Assembly: GCA_963763775.1 (NCBI GenBank)
Contig: CAVXPZ010000001.1
Location: forward strand, 576,451-640,450
Direction of reading: 5' to 3'
Source: an uncultured Chloroflexia bacterium
GTDB lineage: Bacteria; Chloroflexota; Limnocylindria; Limnocylindrales; CSP1-4
DNA: 64,000 nucleotides
Positions within the stretch are counted from its first letter, which is position 1. Each line of letters begins with the position of its first letter. The notes beneath the pieces are model-generated. The model searched no databases. It was not told the origin of the DNA and saw nothing but the letters and a program-made list of their open reading frames with translations. The position numbers and the translations under genes were made by a program. Of the stretch, positions 1 through 8,957 are shown piece by piece.

Positions 1-1
1 C

Positions 2-997
2 ATCGTCATCGCCGTCGGCTCGCGATCCAAGGTCCCGCCACTCGAGGGGATCGACCGCATCCCGACGTGGACGAACCGCGATGCGACGCTCGCCCGCGAC
101 TTGCCGACGAGCCTGCTGGTCCTGGGCGGTGGCCCCACCGGCTGCGAGCTGGCACAGGTCTACGCACGGTTCGGGGTCCCGACGACGATCGTGCAATCCG
201 GGCCGCGCCTCGCGCCGACGGACCATCCGCGCAACTCCGAGGCTCTGCTGGCGGCCTTGCAGCGCGATGGCGTCGTCGTCCGGCTCGGGGTCCGGGCACT
301 CCGCGCCGAGGCCGCTCCCACACCGGACGGGGCGCACACCATCGACCTCGATGACGGGACCTCGGTCACGGGTCACGCGATCCTCCTCGCGGTGGGCCGG
401 TCGTTCCCGATCGACGACCTCGGACTCGACCAGTACGGCATCGACACCTCGGCCCGGACACCGTACCCGCGAGACGGACGTCTCCGGATCGCCGACGGCC
501 TGTGGATCATCGGCGACACCGCCGGGCCGGAGCTCCACACCCACCAGGCCCACTACCAGGGCGAGCTGGCGGCGCGGATGGCGATGGGCGAGGACATCCG
601 ACCCGACTACCGGGCACTCCCACGGGCGACGTACACGGATCCCGAGGCGTCGTCGGTCGGCGTGACCCTCGACCAGGCCATCGCCGAGGGCCTCGATGCC
701 TTCGAGCTCGTCGCCGACTTCGCGCGGACGGCCAAGGGGTATTCCGTCGAGGCCACCATCGGGCACGTCACGATCGTCGTCGACCGCCGGTCCCGACAGC
801 TCGTCGGCGCGGCCATGGCCTGTCCGGATGCCTCGGCGGCGATCCACGAGTGCGTCCTGGCGGTCAAGGCCGGCGTCCCGGTCGACACGCTGGCAGAGAC
901 GATCCACGCCTTCCCGTCGACGTCGCGGATCCTCAACGGCCTGTTCGCCGACGCCCGGCGCGAGCTCGACCGGCCCGGTAGCGTCGTCCCGTCCTGA
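2..997 (+). CDS. class I pyridine nucleotide-disulfide oxidoreductase (dihydrolipoamide dehydrogenase / mercuric reductase-like), 5' end outside window
   Basis: The frame of ORF 101..997 stays open back to nt 2 (IVIAVGSRSKVPPLEGID...). It has the NAD Rossmann motif LLVLGGGPTGCELAQ, IIGDTAG, and a C-terminal dimerisation-domain region ending HAFPSTS. Confidence 0.8.
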   Translation: MVIAVGSRSKVPPLEGIDRIPTWTNRDATLARDLPTSLLVLGGGPTGCELAQVYARFGVPTTIVQSGPRLAPTDHPRNSEALLAALQRDGVVVRLGVRALRAEAAPTPDGAHTIDLDDGTSVTGHAILLAVGRSFPIDDLGLDQYGIDTSARTPYPRDGRLRIADGLWIIGDTAGPELHTHQAHYQGELAARMAMGEDIRPDYRALPRATYTDPEASSVGVTLDQAIAEGLDAFELVADFARTAKGYSVEATIGHVTIVVDRRSRQLVGAAMACPDASAAIHECVLAVKAGVPVDTLAETIHAFPSTSRILNGLFADARRELDRPGSVVPS

Positions 998-999
998 CG

Positions 1000-2040
1000 A
1001 TGTACCCACCCCTCGCGGAGACCCGGTCCCGCGACGGGACGCGCATCGCCTTCGCGTCCATCGGCGACGGCTACCCGCTCGTCATGCTGCCCGGGGTCCC
1101 GCTCAGCAATCTTCGCGCGGAGTGGCGCATCCCCGTCCTTCGCACCGCGCTCGAGACGGTGGCCACCCAGCTCCGGCTGGTCCAGTACGACGGGCGCGGC
1201 ACCGGCCGATCCCAGCGCGACGTCACGGACTTCTCGCTCGACTCGATGCTCGGCGACCTGGACGCGGTCATCGCGGCCGCCGGGCTGCAGCGGTTCGCCC
1301 TGCTCGGCTTCTACAGCTCGTGCTCGCATGCGATCGCCTACGCCGCCCGACATCCTGAACGTGTCTCGCACCTGATCCTGTTCGGCGGCGTGGCGCAGGG
1401 ATGGGACCACATGCGAGGCCCCGGGACGCAGGCGCTCCTGAGCCTGATCGAACGGGACTGGGACACGTTCGTCGAATCGGTCACGCACGCCTGGCTCGGC
1501 TGGCCGGACGATGAGGAGGGCCGCCTCGCGGTCGAGTGGTTCCGCACGGCGACGACGCCCGAAGTCGCCCGAGCCACGATCCAGGCGGCGAGCGGCATCG
1601 ATGTGAGCGACCTCCTCGCCGACGTCCGTTGCCCGGCCCTGGTGCTCCACCGGCGCGACGCCACGGTCATCCCGATCGAGGTCTCCGAGTCGATGGCGAA
1701 CCGGCTGCCGGCGGGCCGCCTCGAGATCCTCGACGGCACGTCGGCGAGCCTCTTCTTCGAGCGGCCGGACGAGGTGGTCCGACTGATCATCGACTTCGTC
1801 CTGGACTCGGCGGCGCCGGGCACGACTCGACGCCGGTCGCGCGGATCGTCCGCGCTGACCCGCCGGGAGATCGAGGTCCTGCGGCTGGTCGCCGCAGGTG
1901 AGTCCAACGCCGAGATCGCGGCCACGCTCGGACTCTCCGTCAATACGGTCGAGCGGCACGTGTCGAACATCTATCGGAAGGTCGATGCGCGCGGGCGAGC
2001 CGATGCCACCGCCTACGCGATCCGGCACGGGATCGCCTGA
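1000..2040 (+). CDS. alpha/beta-hydrolase domain fused to LuxR/GerE-type HTH (transcription regulator)
   Basis: 346-aa ORF starting 3 nt after the upstream stop. The N-terminal part has an alpha/beta-hydrolase-like pattern (LVMLPGVPLSNL, GFYSSCSHA, LVLHRRDATVIP). The C-terminal part is LTRREIEVLRLVAAGESNAEIAATLGLSVNTVERHVSNIYRKV, a classic LuxR HTH. Confidence 0.8.
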   Translation: MYPPLAETRSRDGTRIAFASIGDGYPLVMLPGVPLSNLRAEWRIPVLRTALETVATQLRLVQYDGRGTGRSQRDVTDFSLDSMLGDLDAVIAAAGLQRFALLGFYSSCSHAIAYAARHPERVSHLILFGGVAQGWDHMRGPGTQALLSLIERDWDTFVESVTHAWLGWPDDEEGRLAVEWFRTATTPEVARATIQAASGIDVSDLLADVRCPALVLHRRDATVIPIEVSESMANRLPAGRLEILDGTSASLFFERPDEVVRLIIDFVLDSAAPGTTRRRSRGSSALTRREIEVLRLVAAGESNAEIAATLGLSVNTVERHVSNIYRKVDARGRADATAYAIRHGIA

Positions 2041-2183
2041 CCGCCCTCGCCGTCGACGCCCGCGCTTGATGACGGATTCCCGTGACGAGATCCGCCAGAC
2101 GGCCGCGATGACGACGATCCACCGACGGCCCTAGCGTGGGGTCACACGACCGATCACCACGACCGATCGCATCCGGAGGCCTC

Positions 2184-2552
2184 ATGCGCACGTTCGCCCG
2201 TCTCTTCGCCCCGCTCTCGCGACCCCTCGCGGGCCGTCGCTGGTTCCCGCTATGGGCGATCCTCCACCACCGCGGCCGCACGAGCGGCACGGCCTACGCG
2301 ACGCCGGTCGTCGTCCGGCGGACGGCCGACGGCTTCGTCATCCCGATGCCGTTCGGTGATGCCACCCAATGGGCGCGCAATGTCATCGCCGCCGACGGAT
2401 GCACGATCCACTGGCGCGGGCGGGACCACGTCGTCGATCATCCGGCGACCGTCGGTCGAGATCGCGCCGGCGAGGCGTTCACACCCCTCATGCGAGCGGT
2501 GATGGGTCCCGCCGGGATCGAGCAGTTCCTGGTCCTGCGGGACGCCGCCTGA
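2184..2552 (+). CDS. deazaflavin(F420)-dependent nitroreductase family protein (DUF385/Ddn-like)
   Basis: ATG 2184 is preceded by GGAGG (2175-2179). The pattern HHRGRTSGTAYATPVVV..DGFVIPMPFG..QWARNV resembles the Ddn split-barrel family. A longer start at 2136 is possible. Confidence 0.6.
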   Translation: MRTFARLFAPLSRPLAGRRWFPLWAILHHRGRTSGTAYATPVVVRRTADGFVIPMPFGDATQWARNVIAADGCTIHWRGRDHVVDHPATVGRDRAGEAFTPLMRAVMGPAGIEQFLVLRDAA

Positions 2553-2554
2553 GA

Positions 2555-4207
2555 TCAGCGCTCGAGGACGACCTCGCCGTCGAGGAGCACCATGGAGGGC
2601 CGAGCGGCAGACAACGCTCCCCCCGGCTCGACCGGGTCGTCGAGCGCCGCCGCCGGGATCACGACGATGTCGGCGCGCTGTCCGGGCGTCAGTCGTCCAC
2701 GGTCCGTCTCGCGGGCGGCGACGGCCGGGTCCACGCACTGCGCGCGGATCGCGCGGTCGAGACTGAGCGCCTCCTGTGGCCCGAACGCCGGCGTGCCCGC
2801 CGGCCACCGCGGGTCCTCCCGGCGCACGGCGAGCGCCACGCCGGGCCACGGGTCGAGTGGCTCGACCGGCGCGTCCGTCCCGAACGCCAGGACCGCCCCG
2901 GTTCGGGCGATCGACGCCCACGTGTAGCCGTTCGCCTCCGCCCGCGCGCCCCACAGCCGCCGCGCCTTGGCCGCATCCGAGCCCACGTGGCATGGCTGCA
3001 CGCTCGCCACGATCCCGTGCGCCGCGAACCGGCCGCGGTCGGCAGGGTCGAGCAACTGGACGTGCTCGATGCGCGGCATCAGGGGGACCGCCGGGTCGGT
3101 CGCGGCGAGCACGTCGAGCGCGGTCCGGACGGCCGCGTCGCCGATGGCGTGGATCTGCGTCGCGATGCCGGCGGCGGCTGCGCGTCGGGCGAGGTCGGCG
3201 AGGACCTCGGGTTCCGTGGTCCAGACGCCGCGGCGACGGGCCGGTGGGAGCGGCTGGTCCGGCTCGGGTTCGATGTCGGCCAGGAGCGCCGCCGTCCGCG
3301 ACCCCATCGAGCCGTCGGCGAAGAGCTTCTGCCAGCCGACGCGGGCACGGCCGGATGCATCTTCGCCGAGCGGGGCGCCGCTGCGGATCCCGCGCGCGAT
3401 GGCCGCGTCCAGGGCGTCGTCCCGCAGGCTCGCATGCACGCGGATGGGGAGGTCGTCGCGATCGGCGAGCGCCGCGTACGCCGGATAGCTGAACGTGAGG
3501 TCCGGGTCGGGCGCGAGCGCGCCGGGATCGTGGCACGCCACGACGCCGAGCGAGACCAACTCCCGGCCGACCGCCTCGATCGCCGCTTCGAGTTCGGCGG
3601 GGTCCGCGGGAGGCTGGAAGACGGTCACAAGGCGCGTCGCCGACTCGTAGAGGACACCTTCGGGAGCCCCGGCGGGATCGCGCCGGATGATCCCGCCCGG
3701 CGGGTCCGACGTCTCGGCGGTCACGCCGGCGGTCCGCAACGCCGCGTGGCTCGCCAGCAGGGCGTGGTGGTCGTGGGCCCAGAGGATGACGCGGCGGCCC
3801 GGGGCGGCGGCCTCGAGGTCGTCGGCGGTAGGCCAGCCCCCCCACCGGTCGGCGTCCCACCCGTGCCCGTCGATCCAGGCGTCCGGCGTCTCGGCGAGTC
3901 GCTCGTGCGCGGCGCGGACGGCCGCCAGGCCCGCCTCGAGGCTGACCGCCCCGGACAGGTCGACCTGCCGTCTCGCCCTGGCGGCCTGCCCGAGATGGAG
4001 GTGGGCGTCGGTCAGCCCCGGGATGGCGACGACGTCGGGCTCGAGGGTGATCCGCGAGGTATGCGGGTCGGCGCGCGTCTCGAGATCGATCTCCGATCCG
4101 GCGAACGCGATCCGTCCCTCACGGATGCCGACGGCCTCGACCCAGCCGAAGCCGGAGGGACCGGACAACGTCGCGATCCGGCCCGTGATGAGCATGTCCA
4201 GCGGCAT
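2555..4207 (-). CDS. amidohydrolase family protein (Amidohydro_3 / YtcJ-like metal-dependent hydrolase)
   Basis: 550 aa with the HxH metal motif PGLTDAHLHL, plus IHAIGD and FGTDAPVEP. It is the last gene of the long minus-strand operon. Confidence 0.8.
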   Translation of the reverse strand: MPLDMLITGRIATLSGPSGFGWVEAVGIREGRIAFAGSEIDLETRADPHTSRITLEPDVVAIPGLTDAHLHLGQAARARRQVDLSGAVSLEAGLAAVRAAHERLAETPDAWIDGHGWDADRWGGWPTADDLEAAAPGRRVILWAHDHHALLASHAALRTAGVTAETSDPPGGIIRRDPAGAPEGVLYESATRLVTVFQPPADPAELEAAIEAVGRELVSLGVVACHDPGALAPDPDLTFSYPAYAALADRDDLPIRVHASLRDDALDAAIARGIRSGAPLGEDASGRARVGWQKLFADGSMGSRTAALLADIEPEPDQPLPPARRRGVWTTEPEVLADLARRAAAAGIATQIHAIGDAAVRTALDVLAATDPAVPLMPRIEHVQLLDPADRGRFAAHGIVASVQPCHVGSDAAKARRLWGARAEANGYTWASIARTGAVLAFGTDAPVEPLDPWPGVALAVRREDPRWPAGTPAFGPQEALSLDRAIRAQCVDPAVAARETDRGRLTPGQRADIVVIPAAALDDPVEPGGALSAARPSMVLLDGEVVLER

Positions 4208-4237
4208 CGGTCGTCCCCGGCGGCCTTGGGCGTCGCG

Positions 4238-5866
4238 TCAGTCGCGGTCGGCCGGGTCGGCCGGTCCGGCGTGGGCCATCGGGTCGCCGACGAGCTGATC
4301 GACATCGCGGGCATCGGTCACGACGGCCACCGGCGCAGTCGCCGGCGGATCGACGGGCGCAGCCGCCGCGCCCGTCGTGGTGGTCGCGGTCGTGGTGGTC
4401 GCGGTCGAGGCCGTGGTCGGCGTCGATCGGCGTCCGCCGGCCTCGATCTCGTGCCAGGACGGCCGGTCAGCGCCGAGCGCCGCCGCGATCGGGTCGACGG
4501 TGCGCGGGTCCGTGGCGCTGTGCACGTCCGTGGCGGACAGGGGCCCCCGCCAGAAGACCGAGGCGACACCGGTGGCCAGCACGATCACCGCGACGGACAT
4601 GAGGACCGCCGTGGTCCCGACGACGTCGGAGATGGGGCCGACGATGATGATCGGCACGAAACTCGCGATGGAGACGAGCATGCCAAGGACGCCGAAGACG
4701 CGGCCTCGGACGTCTTCGGGCAGGTCCTCCTGGAGCTGCGTCTGCGACGGGATGGCGACGAACCCGTACGCGATGCCCGCCAGGAGCGCGATGACCACGA
4801 CGACGGCGAGCAACGAGGTGACACCGGAGAGGTCCAGGCCGCCCGGCGCGTCCGCCCGCTGCAGGAGGCGGCTGATCGGACCGGCCACGGCCAGGAGCGC
4901 CAGCAGCGTCCCGAGGGCGATCAGACCGCCCTCGATGACCCGCCTCCGAGGCAGGAACTTGCCGTAGGCGTTGAGGAGCAGGATCCCGGTGACGATGCCG
5001 AAGCCGAGCGGGAGGACGACCACCGCGAAGGACTTGGAATCGAGCCCGAGCGTTTCCTTGGCGAAGTCCGGGCCGAGGACGCCGAGGACCCCGACGAGCG
5101 ATGCGGTGATCCCGAGGTAGATCAGCGACCACGAGATCGAGCGGTGTCCGCGGATGAAGGACAGGCCCTCCCGCAGCTGCGTGATGACCCCTTCGACGGC
5201 TGTGTCGCCCTCGCCGACGCCCGTCTCGGAGCCGGGGGTCTGCTCCCGGACCGTCGGCGGCGACGACGGCAGGAAGAAGCAGAAGACCGCCGCGAGGAAG
5301 TACAGCCCCGCCACGATGATGATGACCGCCTCCGGCGAGGCGACGTTGACGACGAGCGGGCCGAGCAGCGCGAACCCGAGCGCGAAGGAGGCGTTGAGCG
5401 TCAGCGTGAAGATCCCGTTCGCGGTCAGCAGCTGGCGGCGTTCCACGACGAACGGGATCATCGCGGCCTCGGCGGGCGCGAAGAAGACCGTGATGGTCGA
5501 GACCGTGAAGTTGAGCAACAGGATCAGCGGCAGGTTCGAGCCGATGAGGTACAGCGCGACGAACGCCGCTCCCCGCAGCACGTTCGTCAGGACCAGGATC
5601 ACCCGTCGATCGATCCGGTCGACGTACACACCGGCCACGGCGGAGAAGAGCACCGCCGGGACGAGGAACGTCAGGATCAGGAGGCTCACGACCGTGTTCA
5701 GGCCGGTCGAGTCCAGGACGATGACCGTCAGGCCGTACAGGACCATGTTGCCGCCGATCTGGGTCGCGGCCTGCGACAGCCAGAGGCGAAGGAACGCGCC
5801 GTTCCGGAAGACCGAGAGGGCGCTTTCGTCGGAGCCGGGGACCTGGGCGGCGGCTTCGCTCGTCAC
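4238..5866 (-). CDS. MFS transporter (EntS/MFS_3-like) with T/A-rich C-terminal tail
   Basis: GTG 5866 overlaps the DUF951 stop (GTGA). The protein is hydrophobic throughout with many TM helices, and its N-terminus FRNGAFLRLWLSQAATQIGGNM is typical of this MFS subgroup. Confidence 0.8.
   Translation of the reverse strand: MTSEAAAQVPGSDESALSVFRNGAFLRLWLSQAATQIGGNMVLYGLTVIVLDSTGLNTVVSLLILTFLVPAVLFSAVAGVYVDRIDRRVILVLTNVLRGAAFVALYLIGSNLPLILLLNFTVSTITVFFAPAEAAMIPFVVERRQLLTANGIFTLTLNASFALGFALLGPLVVNVASPEAVIIIVAGLYFLAAVFCFFLPSSPPTVREQTPGSETGVGEGDTAVEGVITQLREGLSFIRGHRSISWSLIYLGITASLVGVLGVLGPDFAKETLGLDSKSFAVVVLPLGFGIVTGILLLNAYGKFLPRRRVIEGGLIALGTLLALLAVAGPISRLLQRADAPGGLDLSGVTSLLAVVVVIALLAGIAYGFVAIPSQTQLQEDLPEDVRGRVFGVLGMLVSIASFVPIIIVGPISDVVGTTAVLMSVAVIVLATGVASVFWRGPLSATDVHSATDPRTVDPIAAALGADRPSWHEIEAGGRRSTPTTASTATTTTATTTTGAAAAPVDPPATAPVAVVTDARDVDQLVGDPMAHAGPADPADRD
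4375..4404. repeat. perfect 15-bp x2 tandem repeat inside the MFS tail
   Basis: tcgtggtggtcgcgg occurs at 4375-4389 and again at 4390-4404. It is in frame and encodes the poly-Thr/Ala tail ...STATTTTATTTTG... Confidence 0.9.
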
Positions 5867-6114
5867 TCGGCCGGGCCTGACCCGGTCGGCGTGAGCGCGG
5901 CACTCACCACGGGATCGCCCCGTTCGACGAAGCCGACGATGCGCCGCTCGAGCGATCGCCGTTCGAGCAGGACGTGGCGACCGCAGCCGCGGCAGCGGAT
6001 GCCGATATCGGCCCCAAGGCGGTCCACGAGCCACGTGTCCGCCCCGCACGGATGGGTCCGGCGGAGGCGCACGACGTCACCCACGAACAGTTGGAGCACC
6101 TCGCGATCGGTCAT
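5863..6114 (-). CDS. DUF951-family small zinc-ribbon-like protein
   Basis: 83 aa. VGDVVRLRRTHPCGADTWLVDRLGADIGIRCRGCGRHVLLERRSLERR fits my recollection of the DUF951 (YyzM-like) HPCG...CxxC pattern. Confidence 0.65.
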   Translation of the reverse strand: MTDREVLQLFVGDVVRLRRTHPCGADTWLVDRLGADIGIRCRGCGRHVLLERRSLERRIVGFVERGDPVVSAALTPTGSGPAE

Positions 6115-6130
6115 CCGGCCGGTCAGGGTA

Positions 6131-6805
6131 TCAAAGCCGTGGCTGACCGTGGATCGGCAGAAGGTCCCGGTCCGTGGCTGGGAGTTCCAGGCGGTCCATG
6201 GGCGTCACGACGACGACGACGTCGGGCTGCGTGGCCGCGAGCTGGGCGATGATGCCGCCGGAGCGGGTCAGCGAGCCGGTCAGCTGCTCGGAGGCGCCGA
6301 TCGCCGAGAGTTCGAAGTCCGACCCGAGCGAGACGCCGTCGACCGCCGCCTGGCCCGGTGCGCCGACGACGACGACCCCGGGGACGAAGCGCACGGGTCC
6401 CGCGGCGATCGCCTCCGCGCCGGCGGTCCGCAGCTCGTTGATCAGGCCCTCCAGGCCAGGTCCGTCGATCGGCCCGCTGATCGTGATGGTCACCCCGGGA
6501 CCCGTGACCGGGTCGAGGCCGGCGTAGGCGCGGACGCGAGCCAGGTCCGCGCGGATCTCGTCGATCGAGGCGTCGCCCCGAGACTGGTTGGATGTCAGCG
6601 TCGCGAGCTCGCGTTCGAGGGAGGCGACCTCGCCGCGGAGCTGGTCGTTGCGCTCATTGAGATTGGCCACAAGGACCGTGAGGTCCTGCGCGGAAAGGGC
6701 CGCGATGCCCGTGCTCCCGGCCTGTGCGCGAAGCTGGACCACGACCAGCACGCCGAGCACGAAGGCCACGACGGCGACGGTGACCTGGTTGCGCCGTCGG
6801 TGCAT
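6131..6805 (-). CDS. DUF881 domain-containing membrane protein
   Basis: ATG 6805 (MHRRRNQVTVAVVAFVLGVLVVVQLR) shares one nucleotide with the upstream stop (TGATG). It has an N-terminal TM helix, a coiled-coil region, then GPGVTITISGP...L..LINELRTAGAEAIA, typical of DUF881. Confidence 0.75.
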   Translation of the reverse strand: MHRRRNQVTVAVVAFVLGVLVVVQLRAQAGSTGIAALSAQDLTVLVANLNERNDQLRGEVASLERELATLTSNQSRGDASIDEIRADLARVRAYAGLDPVTGPGVTITISGPIDGPGLEGLINELRTAGAEAIAAGPVRFVPGVVVVGAPGQAAVDGVSLGSDFELSAIGASEQLTGSLTRSGGIIAQLAATQPDVVVVVTPMDRLELPATDRDLLPIHGQPRL

Positions 6806-7578
6806 CAGGGCGCCGCCGACGCCGCGGCCGGGGACGCGCTCGGGACGGGCCGCGAGTACCGCAGCGAGACGGTGCCCGCGAACGCCGGCACGTCGACGGA
6901 GCTGGGCTCCGCGAACGAGACCCGGATGCCGTAGGCCTCCGCCCGCGCCCGGATGAACTCGATGAAGTCCGGCGCCGCGACCAGGCGGTCGTACAGGTCG
7001 TCGGGCCCGATGGCCGTCACCTGGTACGGCGGTGCGAGGTACGCGGAGTTCACCAGGATCGAGGCGCCGATGTCGACCAGCGAGCTGGTCGGGGTGATGC
7101 GCTCGCCGTTGACGGCGATGGCCTCCGCGCCGGCGACCCACAGGTCGTCGATGACCGTCCGGATATCGCGGGATCCGACGAGGTAGTCGGCCTCGTTGGC
7201 ATCCGCGGCGACCGGCTGCAGCGAGTCCTCGAGCTGGAGCACGACGCCGGTCCCGCGGAGCGGGATGAGGCCGGCGGCCAGGCGGGCCTTCTCGAGGTCG
7301 TCGTTCAGCTGCTTGACGGTCGCGGCGGACCCCTGGCCGGTCCCCTCGATGGCCCCGATCTGCGATCGCAGGTCCAGGATCCGGGCCTTGAGGTCGTCCT
7401 GCTGCGACTGGAGCCCGGTGGCGGTCTCCACGAGCGGCGAGCGCTCCTGCGTGGTGTAGCGCACGCGGGGCCCCTCGGAGGCCAGCTGCGCCGCGATGAG
7501 GAACCCGAGACCGAGGAGGGCCGCCCCGAGGGTCAGCTGCCAGCTCGGGATCTGTCGGACGCGGCCCATCACGGTCAT
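6805..7578 (-). CDS. DUF881 domain-containing membrane protein (paralogue of the downstream gene)
   Basis: ATG 7578 overlaps the peptidase stop (ATGA). It has a TM helix (LTLGAALLGLGFLIAAQL) and RGTGVVLQLED...VIDDLWVAGAEAIAVNGERI. Confidence 0.75.
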   Translation of the reverse strand: MTVMGRVRQIPSWQLTLGAALLGLGFLIAAQLASEGPRVRYTTQERSPLVETATGLQSQQDDLKARILDLRSQIGAIEGTGQGSAATVKQLNDDLEKARLAAGLIPLRGTGVVLQLEDSLQPVAADANEADYLVGSRDIRTVIDDLWVAGAEAIAVNGERITPTSSLVDIGASILVNSAYLAPPYQVTAIGPDDLYDRLVAAPDFIEFIRARAEAYGIRVSFAEPSSVDVPAFAGTVSLRYSRPVPSASPAAASAAP

Positions 7579-8957
7579 GTCTCGGCGTCCCGGCGACGGC
7601 GGGCGAGCACGACGGCGACCACGATGACCACGGCGCCGAGGACGAAGGCCGCCACGACGATCCCCGGTCCGCCGGATGACCCGTCGCCGCTCGACGACGC
7701 GCCGGGCGGCGGCGAGGCCGAGGCCGTCGGACCCGGGGCGTTCGGATCGGGGGCGCTCGTCCGGCCCGGGACCAAGCCGGAGCCACTCCCCCACGATGAC
7801 GGCACGGGACCGGCGGGCGGCGGCTGGGGGCCCGTCCGCGTCGGGGGCGTGGCCCCGTAGTCGGCGAGCCAGGCATCCGAGAAGCCCGACATCGTGACGC
7901 CCGTGGCGGTCTGGAACGCCTCGTCGTCGGTCCGCCCGTCCTTGTACGAGGTGATGAGCCCGACGAGGGCGTCCTGGCCGTACGTCCGAACGAGGAAGTC
8001 GACCGCCGAGACGGACTCCGAATACGCCAGGCGGAACCGGTCGGCGGTCGTCGGGAACTGGCCCGTCAGGCCGGTGAGCGGGATCAGCGACCCGTCCTTG
8101 GCGGCGCGAACCACGTCGCTGCGGTCGGCGCTCTTGAACCCCTCGCTCTCGTAGACCGCGAGCCCCTCGTTGAGCCACCGGGGTGGGAAGTGGTACGGGT
8201 TCTCGACGGCGGTGTTGAACACGAGATGGGTCAGCTCGTGCGGGATGACCGCCTCGACCCAGGCGTCGTTGATCTCCGACGGCTGGATGAGCGCGAACAA
8301 GGTCCGGATCTCGGAGTCGGCCTGGCCGCCCACGTTCTCGCGGGTCGCCGGACCGAGGGCGTCGTAGAAGGACTTCTGGTCCGCGTAGATGAAGAAGTCC
8401 ACCGGCTCGGTCTCCGTGACGCCGAGCAGGGCCGCGGCCTTCTCGACGGCCTTCTCGCCGATCTCGAGCGCGCGCTGCCCGAACGCCTCGTCGCCCTGGT
8501 ACCAGTGGACGCGGACGACCTTTCCGTCCTTGGTCCGCCAGTCGAAGCGCTCGTCCGAATACACCACCTTGACCGACGGTCCCGTGACCGTCGCGCCCGG
8601 GTCATCCGCGGGAGCGATCCGCCAGGCGGCCGTCAGCGGCGTGTTGGGCAGGAGATGGCCCTGGTCCGCGAGCTTGAACGTGTAGGTCAGGTCGACCGCA
8701 CCGGTGCCTGTCGGCGGCGTGGCCTCGATGACGGTCGGCCCGATGGCGTCCGCGAACGTGACAAGCAATTCGGCCGTGCCGATCGGGCGGTCGACCGTGA
8801 CCGGCTGCTCGAACACGATGTCCTGCCCGAACGACCCGGTGGCGGTCGGCTTGCCGAAGGTCGCGAAGGACGCCGCGGCAGCGGCCGGCGCGACGGCCGC
8901 GGCGACGGCCACGACCGCCACGATGGCGACCGCGAGACGACGGCTCAGTCGCCCCAT
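7575..8957 (-). CDS. MA-clan (gluzincin-like) zinc metallopeptidase, secreted, with C-terminal TM anchor
   Basis: ATG 8957 is followed by a signal-like MGRLSRRLAVAIVAVVAVAAAVAPAAAAA. HELTHLVFN followed by NEGLAVYESEG gives the HExxH + E arrangement. A P/S/G-rich linker and the TM helix IVVAAFVLGAVVIVVAVVLARRRR sit at the C-terminus. Confidence 0.7.
   Translation of the reverse strand: MGRLSRRLAVAIVAVVAVAAAVAPAAAAASFATFGKPTATGSFGQDIVFEQPVTVDRPIGTAELLVTFADAIGPTVIEATPPTGTGAVDLTYTFKLADQGHLLPNTPLTAAWRIAPADDPGATVTGPSVKVVYSDERFDWRTKDGKVVRVHWYQGDEAFGQRALEIGEKAVEKAAALLGVTETEPVDFFIYADQKSFYDALGPATRENVGGQADSEIRTLFALIQPSEINDAWVEAVIPHELTHLVFNTAVENPYHFPPRWLNEGLAVYESEGFKSADRSDVVRAAKDGSLIPLTGLTGQFPTTADRFRLAYSESVSAVDFLVRTYGQDALVGLITSYKDGRTDDEAFQTATGVTMSGFSDAWLADYGATPPTRTGPQPPPAGPVPSSWGSGSGLVPGRTSAPDPNAPGPTASASPPPGASSSGDGSSGGPGIVVAAFVLGAVVIVVAVVLARRRRDAET

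Noticed and set aside
4375-4404. CRISPR-like or other structured repeat arrays (also 30438..30473)
   Set aside because: There are only two adjacent copies with no spacers. They are in frame inside coding low-complexity linkers, and there are no cas genes.
2369-6934. 1521-aa plus-strand ORF (and similar giants: 607..2028 -, 47167..49452 +, 58071..60581 +, 44176..46071 +, 22890..24197 +)
   Set aside because: Their translations are monotonous R/G/D/P/A-rich strings with no motifs. They lie antisense to, or out of frame with, genes that show clear family signatures. They are typical stop-poor shadow ORFs of very GC-rich DNA.
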